DNA of 64,000 nucleotides from positions 1,247,063 through 1,311,062 of the forward strand of contig MU053557.1 in assembly GCA_013239625.1 (NCBI GenBank), written 5' to 3'. A model generated the notes under the pieces. It worked only from the letters and a program-made list of their open reading frames with translations. It did no database searches and had not been told where the DNA came from. This DNA comes from Lama guanicoe. Lineage: Eukaryota. The position numbers were made by a program, and so were the translations under genes. Positions 41,413 through 54,070 of this stretch are shown one piece after another; position 1 is the stretch's first letter, and each line of letters opens with the position of its first letter.

Positions 41413-42569
41413 TGTAATTAGGCTGCTTGGCTTAAATCCTTCGTGTATAAGTTACTGACTAACTGAGCTCGTCTTGCATGATCTCTCCCTTGTCATAAGC
41501 TTGTTCACTTGCAAAATGTTAATAATAACAGTATCTACTTAATAAAGATTTTGTGAGGATTAAATGAGCTGATCAAGGCAAGAATCTCAGCACTGGGAAC
41601 GTATGTAGTAAACATCCTGTCAATGTGAGCTATTATTATCCTAACTTCCAAGTTATTTGAATTGATTTGTTTATGCAGGTGTTATTAATTTGTAGCTTTA
41701 TGACATTGATTATGGAGAATGTGGACTGTAACGTTATTTTTCTTGATTCTTGATTTATTGACTGGCATTACGGTTCTGGAATAATGGAAGGCAATGTTTT
41801 GCAAATATTTAGTGGGTCCTTAAAAGAGGATTTATTCTCAGTGCATAAGATAGAGAAATTCAATCCCTAGCTATAAATCGACCTAATTGTTTTATTTTTC
41901 TATTTCATATTTATTTATGACCAATTTGACCTTTTAAAAATTGAGGGCCTTTTTGGAGTCTGTTCTTTAATGTCATATTTTATATATTCTTCTTGACATC
42001 TGTTTTCTTTTTTTACATAACCAACTAAAGGACCTCAAGGGTGAACACAGGTCACATTTTTATATCCCCAGTTCTTACCTTCTTCCTGGAACTAGGTAAA
42101 TGTTTCAGGGATTTGCCAGTGCCATTCCATTCATCTGCAGTCTCCCTTCCCACTCTCCTCTTGTTTTGATGAGTTCCTCATTGAATTCTCTGCCTTTACA
42201 TCCCATCAGTTATTACTCAACTGCAGTTTTATAGTTACTTGTTTGATTACCTGTTGAGGTCTAGCTCCCTCCGGACTCTGAGCTCATGAATGATAAGGCA
42301 TTGTCTGTTTTGTTCATCCCTCTGTGCTAAGCGCTCGGCACAGGATCTAGCCACAGAATGTTAGTACTGTGGCTTTGAAGCTGAGTGCCAGAGTCAGAAT
42401 TCCCCAGTTCAGATATTGACTTTGCCACTTCACTGTGTGACTTAGGGAAAGGCACTTAGCTCTTCTGACTTTGGTTTTCTTATCAAATGGGGATGGTTAA
42501 TAGTGTCTACCTTCTAGGGTCATTATGAGGGTTAAAAGAGATGCCTTTATCAAAGTGTTGGCAGCTATG

Positions 42570-43070
42570 TGCCAAGCATGTTTCTAGGTACCGAGGATAT
42601 GGCAGGAAACAAGACAGATGAGATCCTTGCTCTCATAAATTTACCTTCCAAGGACAGAGTGAGCCAAGGGGAAAAAAAGAAACAAATACCCAAGAGAAGC
42701 TAAGAAATGATACATGAAATTAAAAGGAGAAGAAAAAGAGGAGGAGGAGGAGGAAGAAGAAACAAGGTTACTGCGTGAAGAGTAAGTGGGTTTAGGTAGG
42801 TGGGTAATGTGCACTGAGTGTTCAGGGACGGCCTCTCTGTACACCTGATGTTTCAGCTGATATTTGAATGGCAAAAACGAAGACGCCCTGTGAAAAACTG
42901 AGGGAAGAACATTCTAGTCAGAGGGTTCAGTAAGCCTCTGTCATAGAAATGAGATTCGGATGCCTGAGGACAGCAAGGAAGCTTGTGTAGCTAGAGTACA
43001 GTAAGCAGGAGGAAATTATAGGCAATTCTGTATAATAGGCAATAAAGTGGGAGAGAGACAGGGGCCAGAA
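42570..43070 (-). mobile_element. L2 LINE fragment within a MIR
   Basis: ctatgtgccaagcatgtttctaggtaccgaggatatggcaggaaacaagacag...; MIR-like sequence on both sides. Confidence 0.62.
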
Positions 43071-43469
43071 GGTAATTAAAATCTTGACTGACACATAGTA
43101 AGCCCTCAGTAAATGCTAGTTACTAGTGGTCTCATGGTTGTAGTTTTAGTTATTGGAAATAATAATTTTGAATGAATAAATCAATATTTGAATGGAAACG
43201 AATATGATTGCTTTCAGGAGCATAGGAAGGTTGAGAAACTTACCAAGGTCCATTTACCCTTTGCCTGCTGCAAACATGTTGGAAGGGTTGGGGATCAAAC
43301 GATAAACCTTATTTTACTTTGAGGAAACCACGATGAATTGTAGTATGCAGTTAAAGGAGGAGCTGCGTGTTTTGAAGGAAGTGTAGTTAAAATATCATGT
43401 ACATTGTGTGGACGCAGAACATTGTGTTCATCAGTGGAGCTGACTGGAACATCAGATGTGGGAATTTGC

Positions 43470-43975
43470 TGGTGTAACCTGGTCAGTATAGTTTCCATTT
43501 CTTTGTTGGGCAGTGTGCCCTGCTTTTCTTCTGGAGAAATCCTCTTCCTCATCTTTATTGCTTGTGACTTTAGAGGGACAGCACCTGACTCAGGTCGGGC
43601 TGTTCACAGCATTCTCATGCCTTATTGACGAGATCAGAGAAGATCATGTGATACAAGTTTGTTTATTTATAAGCCAATTCTAAATCTTTGGTAGAGCTAC
43701 ATGAGAGAAGTACTCTTTTTCCACTGGATGTGATGTAGCCCTGAAGTTGGCAGCTACTTTGTGGCCTCCAAGGCAGCTCCAGCTTAAAAATGGAGGCAGG
43801 GAAGAAGAATTCAGGGTCTAAAGGGAGAGAACAACCACTGAAGAAGATACTGTTGAGCACCCAGATCCCACTTGGCCTGAATACCCCTAAACTTGTATTA
43901 TTGAAGCAATAGATTACTTTTATACTTAAACCCATTTGAGTTAGCTCCTCTGTCACTTTAAAAGAACAAGTCTTA
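43470..43975. mobile_element. Old MaLR LTR (MLT1K-like)
   Basis: aagcaatagattacttttatacttaaacccatttgagttag...ctgtcactt terminus. Confidence 0.5.
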
Positions 43976-44273
43976 ATTGGAGGAGAGATTTTGTAAAATT
44001 GATATTTAGACAGTCAAAGAGTAGGCAGATGCAAAAAATACCTGAATAGTACTAAATGAGAAACAAATGTAAGATGGCTTTTGCCAAATGTGGCTTTAGT
44101 TTATGTAGTTCTGGGAGTTGTTGTTTTTTTTTCCTTTCCTTAGCACAGAAGATAATGAGTGGGATTCTGCTTTCTTCATATTGAATGAACTCTTCTATCC
44201 TTTTCTCTTAAGCACTTATCCTTGATACATCCCTCAGCTTCCCTCAATCACTTGAAAAATACAAAATGGATTC

Positions 44274-44798
44274 TGTCAAAGCAAAAAGTGCACCAAACTT
44301 AAACAGGCAAAGGAGACTTTATTCAAAGCATTTGCAGTAGTGGGGAGAGGCCTGAGCTGAGTCTGAAATCAGCTCTGCTGAATCAAAGGACCAGAGAGTT
44401 TTTGAGAGATAGGCGGTGGTTACAGGTCATCTGTGTTTGCTAACTGGTCTTACCAGAAGGAAAAATAAACTTTTTTGAATCTCTGTGACAGCTCAGATCA
44501 AGGGGTATGCCAAAGTTAGACTCCTGCCCTACCACGCAAACTGGGAGCTGGGGTGCAATTTCCCTTGATGTTTCTATCTCAGGGGCTCCCCCGAGTCTTT
44601 GAGAAGGACAGTCCCAAGTGGCAAGAGGCCTTTTTTTTTTTTAAATGTGTATCTTGAAGGAGCAGAGAAAGAATTTGTAATTACAAGTTTTCTTTAAAAA
44701 AATGATATTCAAGAAAAGGGAAGCCAGTACCTAGAATCAAGAAAAGAAAAAGTCTAAGTTTAATGGAGTTGAGGGAAATGTTAAAGTCATCTTGGTCA
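44274..44798 (-). mobile_element. ERV1-class solo LTR (MER31-like)
   Basis: tgtcaaag...ttaaacaggcaaaggagactttattcaa start, with the poly(A) signal on the minus strand, and ...cttggtca end. Confidence 0.6.
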
Positions 44799-47319
44799 AT
44801 CAACCAATAAGAGATGCACCGAACATCTTCCCCAGGCACTGTCTATGTGTGCTCAGCTAAAGCAGCCACATGAATGGCTGTAGCCTCTTTCTAGATTTGC
44901 TCAGTTGTAAAGCTGTTTAAATTGGGAAAGTATCTTGCATGGTTATTACAAAGACAAGAAAATATGTATAAAAAACATTAGAGTTGGTAACTTATACCAA
45001 GTAGATACTCAAAAAAGTTATATTTATTACTTAGTGTTACTCACTTTAAAAAGGTACATTTTGAATGAAAGAATATAAAGGATCTAAATGATTATTGAAG
45101 CAGAAGTTCCTTGGGCTGGATTTTGCCAACAGCCACATTTTGTTTGAGCTGCATGGTGATTTGCTTATTATATGCATGCAAAATATTTTTTATCCATTTA
45201 GTTTACAACATTTTTAAATTGGAGGATTCTACACAACTATCCAAATGGAACTATTCTCTTATTAAGAGATATTTATGTTGTTTCCAATTTTTTGCTAATA
45301 CAAATAGTGCTTGATCATGCCTTGTATTGAAAACCAATGACCGTCTCTAGGGTAGATTCTGGGATGTAAAACGATTAGATCACAGGAGATAGGCATTTAA
45401 CATTATAACAGATGTGACCAAGTTGCCTCCAAAGTGCTGAACCAATCTACAGTCTATGGTGGGACCTGTTTCCTCCCGAATCCCCCTGTGCTTTATCGTG
45501 TTTTCTCCAATTAAATAGTTTAAAATTATATTTTGTTATTTTATTTTGTACTTCCTTGAAGATTTGTGAAGTGCACCTCTTTTCTTATACTTTTTGGTAG
45601 TTTGTGTTTCCTTTTCTATGAATTCCCTAAACTTGCTCTTCGATAGCCTTTCTATAGAGAAGATTCCAAACTTTTGAAGTACACTCCTCCAACGAAACTT
45701 TCCTTTTTCCCACCTAGATTTTCCCCATTCTATCTTCATTAACGATTCACATCATTGTTTTAATCAGCTCCTTCTCCAGATCCACAAGGTGCAGTCTGTT
45801 TAATCCAATGTGTATCAGATAACTTTCATGAATGTCAGATGACTCCCTGGCAGCATGAGAATGCCGAAGGAGTTAGTGCCTTTAAGTCCCTGGAAACAGA
45901 ATGCCAGAGATGGGGTCGGTAGGAAATAACTTTTGTTATTTATCCCCTTAGTTTTTAGAAGAATAACTCTGATGCATAGTAAATGTCTGTTCAGTGAATG
46001 AACATGGCACAGCTTTGGTTAATGGATTATTACAAATGTAATCAGTTGACATTCTTGTATACTTCTAATCAAATTTGCCCTTTATGACAATGAGCTGATT
46101 CCAGGCGCCTGCTCGCCTCATTACGTTAATCCTGCAGGAAAGCCTGTATTTGATGTCACACTTCAAAGTGTTTTTGTAAGCTTTCTCCCTGGTCACCCTG
46201 AATACCGTGGCTGATGAGATGGGGGGAGGAGAGGCAGAGGTGGGGTGAAGGCTGCTTCCTTGCTTTCAGTGTGTGTGTGTTCTCTCCATCCATTCCTGAA
46301 CCAAGCCAGTTATTTTCCTTGACCCGTTTTGCACTTTCCTATTCAAAGAGAAGAGAGGAAAAAAATAGAATACTGAGTTGTCAGCAAACACTGTCTTAAA
46401 TAATTGAATAACAAGCACTATTATCCCAAAATACCTCCAAAAAAGATGAGCAGCAGATAAAGAGGAAAATAAAAATCTCTGCCTTCTATTGGGCAAACTG
46501 GGTGACAGCCTGAAACTTTACATTCGTAACAGTGTACAAAACAATGTATCTACATTCATGCTTTGTGTATGCTTGTTTAACACACTTGGCTGGTGCAAAA
46601 TCGATGATTGTTTTAGAGATGTCTTAACCATCTGTGTTAAACTAATAGACCTGAAGAATGCATGTGAACATAGCGTGGATTTGTCTGTCTCCCAGCCCCA
46701 TCCCAGGATTTGACTTTTTTCATTGTTTATCCAGTAGGAACCTAAGTCAACTTACAAAATGAAGAGAGAGAAACAACCTATTCTTAAGTCAATGGCCCTG
46801 GTTTAAGTGACAGTTTTGTTTACAGTAGGTTATTGAAATGCTTTATTCAGCCCTATTTTAAATAACTTTCTGCCACTTCTCCTGGGAAAGCATGCCAGTT
46901 TAAAGACTTGCCTGTTAGGAAAACCTTGCTGCTATTCAGCCTAACTCAACAATTTCTCTTTTTCTCTAATTGCTCCTTCTCTCTCTTGGGCTCCTTTCAG
47001 ACCCCCAATGCAAGCACCCACTCCTGATTGCCAAGCTGGCTTTCAGGTTCCTAAACTCAGTCTGCATATTTTCCTTTAAAGAGCCACCCGGTCATCTCTT
47101 GAAATAGATCATTTTCCTTTCTTCATGAGATATCTTGACATACTCTTTGACCTCACGCCTTTGGAATGGCAGGATGGTAGAGCAGGAAAGCCCCTTAAAG
47201 ACTCCCATAATTCCCCTTCTCCCTTTGCAAATGAGAAAAATATAACCCAGGTATGTTAAATGGCTTCTCTAGGCATGTGAGTAGCTGGTGATAGAAGAGC
47301 AGGAGCTCAGCCTGAAATC

Positions 47320-47660
47320 CTGGGGTAGAAACAAAAAATGGCCACAGGGTTGAGGCGAGTAATGGAAGTAAGTGAAGTGGGCTGGGTGTATGATGACCGA
47401 GTGTGTCTCGAGGGTGAGGCGGGGAGGAGTGACGATCTGGAGAGGTGTGCCCTGCGTGAAGGGAAAGCTGCCAGTCAGTATCACCATTGCCAGATATGAG
47501 GAGCCTACACGAAACATCTGAATTCTGGATTTTTGTATGAAATGCCCTGGTTTTAAAAATATTTTTAACTTATTAAGATTGTTTGAAAATTCTCTGCGGA
47601 CAGGCTAAACCATGTTTGAATCCAGCCTGCAGGACAGTATTTTATAAACAGTACTGTGGA
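47320..47660 (+). mobile_element. MER102-like hAT-Charlie element
   Basis: gtaagtgaagtgggctgggtgta...ttgccagat...tctggatttttgtatgaaatgccctggttttaaaa...tccagcctgcagg. Confidence 0.6.
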
Positions 47661-47699
47661 GTCTTGTGGAATTTCTTCTACATTTGCAGAATGATGTTA

Positions 47700-48197
47700 A
47701 GAACTGGAAGTGTCCTGATTGTTATGAAATCCAGCTTCCTTGGTTTATGGATGTGGAAGCTAAAGACAAGGGGAAGACTATGAGAGCCCTGAGTGATCAG
47801 TCATGCACACCCATGCCATGGCCTCATAGCGATGATGTAGACTTCCCTCCCCCTTCACTTTAAGCTTGGTTTGTGTTTTGCTTTGGCCACTTACTTGGCA
47901 GACAGACATGACACCAGGACTTGAAATGAGCTTGCACTGGTTGAATTTGCCCTTGTTTTCCTGCCTTTGGCCATGGGTCAGATGTGCCTTAGGGATTGCT
48001 GGCCCAGGGAGGGTGAGTGACCCGTGGAGCAGACGTGGACTCAAAATGATAGCTTAGAGCCAAGCCCAGATGAAGTCAGCCAAGATCAGCCAAACGCCAG
48101 CCAACCTGCATATGCAGGTTCTTAAGTACAAAATAAATGCTTGTTGTTTTAATCCAGTGGATGTGTGTGTGTTCCACATAGCAATAGCTAACTAACA
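47700..48197. mobile_element. Old MaLR LTR (MLT1H/I-like)
   Basis: aaataaatgcttgttgttttaatcca...catagcaatagctaactaaca terminus. Confidence 0.6.
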
Positions 48198-49494
48198 GAA
48201 AGACTTTCTCAAGATTACACAGTAAATAGTTGGCAGAATCAGGATTAAGTAAGGGCTCCAAACCCCTGGTCCAGTACATTTTCTACTCTATGGTGCTCTT
48301 AAATGCTGGTGGTCTTCAGTCTGTCACTTTCTCCTCATTTCATATAGTATAGCCTGCCTATTTGTCACATTAAGCCAGCCACATGGGCTTGATCTTTGGG
48401 TCTTCTTCGTAAGATTTTCTTGCAGCGATGATACCGGTCTCTGTGTCCACCTACCAGAGCTTTGAATGCAGCTTTCAGATTCCCCTAAAGATAAATGAAA
48501 ATAATCTAGCTTGGTTTGTTTTTAGACAATTAGGGTTTGCACAATCAGAATTTGAATTTATGGAAAAATTAAACCAATCTCTATGCAAGATGGAGTAGTT
48601 TAGAATTACCACTAATTTAATTGAGGTTGCTTAAATGGCTTGTAATCGGTATGATTGTTGCCAATTGCTTGCATCTTCAGCAAGGTAATCAGAACCCACT
48701 CAGCAATTTCTACCTTCAGATCAATTAACCTGTAAAACAAATTCCCTTTCTTTTAAGAAAGTTTTATGGTTTGGATTTTACTTTATTTATAGTTCAGCGT
48801 TTACTGCAATCTAATCTTCTTGCCCAGAAAAAAATCAAATAGTTCTTTTTTTTTTAACTCTTTATTTTTTTTCTTCAGTAATGGATTCTATGAAAGTTAT
48901 TCCCTCTTTCAGGCTGCCAAGAATAACACTGACCTCCTAGGGGTTGTGGTCAGATATAAATTATTACACTTATACTTAAACATACATAAACTTACAACAG
49001 TGCTAAGCACACAGTAAAATCTCACTATCAGCAAATTTTAAAATTCTTACTGGTATTATAATCTACTCTTAGACTTAGCACTGTTGCTATATGTATGTGT
49101 GTCTTGAGAGTATTCTGCTGATGAGTTTGGGTACCTGGCAATGAAATAAATTTCCTATTATCAAGCCTCAAAATTATGTGGGCTTGAAAAGTTCTTTGGC
49201 TGTGATTCTAAGTGACATTCATGACTCACTAATTTAAGTGATGTCATTTGCCTATCTGAGGTGATTCGAGTGACAGAAAAGAAACATGAGAATTAGAAAA
49301 TTGTTACTTGAAGAATTAGAAAGAAATGTCTTCCCCTGAGAGAGCTTAATACCTCTCAGGGCAGTGCTTCTTAAACTTTAACATGCAAACAAACTTCGTA
49401 ATGCTATTGTGATACTGTAAATTTGGATTCTGTCCATCTAGGATGGTATGTAAGGTTCTTCATTTCTGAAAAGCTCCCAATGATACCAATGTAT

Positions 49495-49940
49495 AGATAC
49501 ACTTGGATTTCTCTTGTGTGAATGTCAAGTATTAGTGCTGGGCCATATGGTAAGTGCATGTTTGCCTTCGTACAAACCAGCCAAATAGTTTTCTAAAGTG
49601 ATGGCACCATTTGACATTTCCACCAGCAATGTATGAGGGTTCCAGTTGCTCTAAATCTTTGCCTTCACTCTGTATTATCACTGTCATTGAGCTACTATAA
49701 TGGTAGGCAGTGGCACCTCATTGTGGGTTTAATTTGCATTCCTTTCTAAGTAAGGAAGCTGAGCATTTTTCCATGCATTTTCTATGGGCATTCATAAATC
49801 TTCTTGTGAAGCAGCTGTTCAAATCCTTTGTCCATTTTTTAAAATCAGGTTGTTTGTCTTATTGAGTTGGAAGAGCCGTTTATAAATTCTGGATGCACGT
49901 TCTCTGTCAGATACATGTACTGTCAATATTCTTCTCCCAG
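49495..49940 (-). mobile_element. Old LINE-1 fragment next to a MER5-like hAT piece (~49359-49490)
   Basis: catttccaccagcaatgtatgagggttccagttgctc...ctcattgtgggtttaatttgcattcc; upstream cagtgcttcttaaacttt...catttctgaaaagctccc. Confidence 0.75.
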
Positions 49941-51141
49941 GAAGGAGGTGTGGAGAACAACCCGGGCTGGGATGGAATTAAGGGAGCATAAGTTGATTTT
50001 CTCAAACTAAAGACATACGATCTTGAAGGCCTTTCTTGAGTGTTGAGTTTTAAAATCCAACATTTTGTTTCCTTGGCAGAAAGCCTTTGTTCATTTGTTT
50101 GTTTGCTTTTAGCCACATTGATTCCTTTAGTCGCAAGCCAATCGGTAATTGTATCAGCGTAAGCCTGGCAGTGATGGGAGTGAAAAGCAGAGCTCCACCT
50201 GCCCTCACAGGGGCTCTTCACTACAGAATCTGCCGTCTCAGAGATGAGTGAACCGGCTCCCCAGGGACTGGAATACCGTTCGTCTTTTACTTTCTCCAGA
50301 TTGTAGAGTATGGAAGAAGTCTTCAGGAAATGGAATCCGTTTCATAAAAATGGCTCCCACATTCTCTTCTCTTCAGAGAGCCTGGCAGTGTGGGCACCGT
50401 AGGAAGGTTCCAGGTCACTGACAGTGTCCCACCAGGACATGATCACCAGCCAAGTGAATGTGGTCCACCCGTGTAGACCGTGGCCAAGCCATCCTGAATT
50501 TGTTTCCATACTCAAGAAGCACAGCAGATCTGCTCTATAAATTCAGTTTTTTGAGTTAGATTAAATTGTCAGAGTGGAAAAGCAAAGGACAGATACAAGT
50601 CAGGTTAATGAGAAGACAGTCCCTGCTCATGATAACAGTGATAACAATAACTAATGCAGGGAACATGCCAGCTCCGTGTCCCTGTATGTTCGGAACTAAA
50701 GACAATGCCAGGTATCTAGTAGATACACATCTGATATCTGTTCAGTGTCAGAAAACTAAATCTTCACTGGGCACCACTCACTGCAGGGGCTGAACAGACA
50801 CTATCTCACTTAGTCCTTACCATCCCTTCTCCAAAGATATCTAATAAGTGATGCTATTTCAGTTTTACGAATAATAAAACTGAAGTTCAGAAAGGTCAGG
50901 TTACCTGCCCTTGCTCACACAGCCCTGGAGCTGGAGGAAACTCAGACTTCCTAATGCCTAACCACTATGCATACCTACTCGAAAAGTGGAAGAGGGGAAT
51001 GAAAGCTCTTTTTTTTTTTAAACTATTCTTAATGTAGGAATTCTGTACCTTTGCACACATGCACACATATCCCTATTTCTTTAAGTTCTTTTCTATATAA
51101 AATGTAAAGTGACTCACTTTCTGAGTTTCCTTGTGTATGGA

Positions 51142-51170
51142 ATTCAAAAAATTCAAAAAATTCAAAAAAT
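51142..51170. repeat. Short tandem repeat of (attcaaaaa), about 3 copies
   Basis: aattcaaaaaattcaaaaaattcaaaaaatt. Confidence 0.8.
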
Positions 51171-53347
51171 TAAAAGTGTATTTTGAGTCACGAGTCAAAA
51201 ATGTTTATTAAACACCTGTTATTTGCTCTTGAAATGAATGTGTATACTTACACACAGAGATAAACTAAAGCCTGTTACATCAAGAGTGATGACATTTATC
51301 TTTATAACTAGGGTCTGGCTTCTTTCTTGGCACTTCTTTCATTGGTAGCACTCAGTAATTTATAGTTACTGCAATTTTATTATTTATTTTTGTTGCAGAA
51401 TAGTTACTCAATAATGCAACTTAATATCATTATGATGTATGTTTGCACAAATGTGTATTTGTGTGCATGCAAGTTAGTTTAAAATCCCTTACCTCCATGA
51501 ACTTACATTATAGTTGGGGGAAGAAGATGATAAACAAAATAAATCAGTATATCATATAGTATATTAGAAGGTAACAAATTATGGGTAAAAATAAAAGCAA
51601 TGAAAATATATAGGGACTAATGAAGAGGAGGCTTCTATTTTAAACTAAGAAATCAGACAAAACCTCACCAAGAAGGTGACATTTAAACCAAGACTTAAAA
51701 GGGATGAGAGAAGAAATGATATGAACTTACTGGAAAGGACCATTCCAGACAGAGGAACAGCTCAGCTAATGTGAAATCCCTAAAGTAAATCTAAAATTCA
51801 AAGAGGTCCCTCTGGTGAAAAACAGTTGGAATTGTCAACATATAAGTGGTATTTAAAACCAAATGATAAAATAAGGTTGACTAAGTAAAACTTGTGGTGG
51901 AGAAAAGTCCAAGAACACCCCAGGGGTGGGAGGGGGCGTTCCAGTGTTAAGAGGACAGGATGGGGAGGAAAAAGCAGCAGGAGCTACAACTCAGATAGGA
52001 GGAAATTCAGGTGAGAATCATGGCCTGGAATACAAAGAACAATGTTTCAAGGAGGAAGCGATGATGTAAAACAGTTATTCTGTCTGTAGTCTTCTCATAC
52101 CAACCCATTTTCTATAATATAGCCAGAACGGTCTTTCTAAGCAAAAGTCTGACCATGTTATATTTCTCCTTAAAATATCCACATTGCAGATAAAATTCAG
52201 TTTTCTTAACATGACTTATCAGGAGCCTCATGAGCTTAATTGAGCTACTTCTCCAATCTCATCTCTCACTACGCCCTTGTTAATTAATTCATTCAGAAAA
52301 AATTTTAAATACCTCTTGAATTCTAAGCACTGTTCTAGATACTGAGCAGAGAACAAGGTAGAAGGCAGGCAAGATCCCTGCCTTCATGGAATGGACAGCT
52401 AATTGGATGTGAGGGAGACAGATAATAAGTAAATGAGTAAATGAAAGTGATGCCACACCCCATGAGAGCAGGATATGATCTCTTTTCCCCTGCTCTATCC
52501 CCAATAGGAAGAATGAGACCTTAAACATAGAAGGTGCTCAATTGATATTTGTTGAGTGAATGGCTGAATAAAGGAATTTGAGACAGTAATATGTACTATA
52601 AAGGAATTTTCTATGAAAAATCATTAATGATTGAGAGCAGGCTACTTGGACCATATGATCATAGATGGTCTAAGATTCCCATTCTAATATCCAGCCATTT
52701 GGAACTTCTTTCTGTTTGTCAAAAGAACATATTCTGTATAGTCCCTGGGCTTTGGAATATCCTATTCTGTTTTTGCCAGGGAGTGTTCTTTCTCCCTAGC
52801 TATACAATTCTGACCTTACAGTTGAGCACGAAATTTGGACTTCAACTCCCTGAAATCTAAAAGCCTTCCCACACCCATCCACTCCTTAAACTAGGTTAGG
52901 TGCTCCTCATAATTGCTTGAAGCATTCTGTGCTTAGCCTGATAGTAGCTCTTATCTTGCTGTATTTTTAGTGACATCCATACATAAGAGGAAGTAGTAGA
53001 GAAGGGAGGAACCTGCTATGATTAATTATGGCAGGCTTTTGCAGGTGGTGCGTTCCCATGGCTGTTGACAGCATGAAACGTAGCTGCAGGCTGCTCTGTG
53101 TTTCATCTACAGGCAGCCCTAGCCCTGTTGCTTTCACAATACTCTGAATTACAGGAATTTTTTTCCCCTTAATTGCCTATCACAAGCACCTAATTTATCT
53201 GTTTGCTTTCCTTTTTGTTAATTTGTGTATTTATTTTTATATGCCTTGTTTTACATCATCTCTGACACAAACAAGCATCAATACCCATCAGCACCTGTCA
53301 AAGCAGAACTGCAACATCAGCCTGTTTAGAATTAGCGTTTCAATTTT

Positions 53348-54070
53348 TTTTAACATTTTTTATTGATTTATAATCATTTTATAATGTTGTGTCAAATTCC
53401 AGTGTAGAGCACAATTTTTCAGTTATACGTGAACATATATATATTCATTGTCACATTTTTTTCTCTGTGAGCTACCATAAGATCTTGTGTACATTTCCCT
53501 GTGCTATACAGTATAATCTTGTTTATCTATTCTACAATTTTGAAATCCCATCTATCCCTTCCCACCCTGTGCCCCCTTGGCAACCACAAGTTTGTATTCA
53601 ATGTCTATGAGTCTGTTTCTATTTTGTATTTATACTTTGTTTGTGTGTGTGTGTTTTGTTTTTTGTTTTTGTTTTGTTTTTTTTTTAGATTCCACATATG
53701 AGCCATCTCATATGGTATTTTTCTTTCTCTTTCTGGCTTACTTCACTTAAAATGACATTCTCCAGGAGCATCCATGTTGCTGCAAATGGCGTTATGTTGT
53801 CAGTTTTTATGGCTGAGTAGTATTCCATTGTATAAATATACCACAGCTTCTTTATCCAGTCATCCATTGATGGACATTTAGGCTGTTTCCATGTCTTGGC
53901 TATTGTAAATAGTGCTGCTATGAACATTGGGGTGCAGGTGTCATCCTGAAGTAGGGTTCCTTCTGGATATATGCCCAGGAGTGGGGGATTCCTGGGTCAT
54001 ATGGTAAGTCTATTCCTAGTCTTTTGAGGAATCTCCATACTGTTTTCCACAGTGGCTGCACTAAACTGCA
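53348..54070 (-). mobile_element. Young 5'-truncated LINE-1, same family as 27150-30195
   Basis: Intact ORF2 C-terminus [41 protein letters not shown]..., 3' UTR highly similar to 27150-27840, perfect TSD tttcaatttt at 53338-53347 and 54071-54080. Confidence 0.95.
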
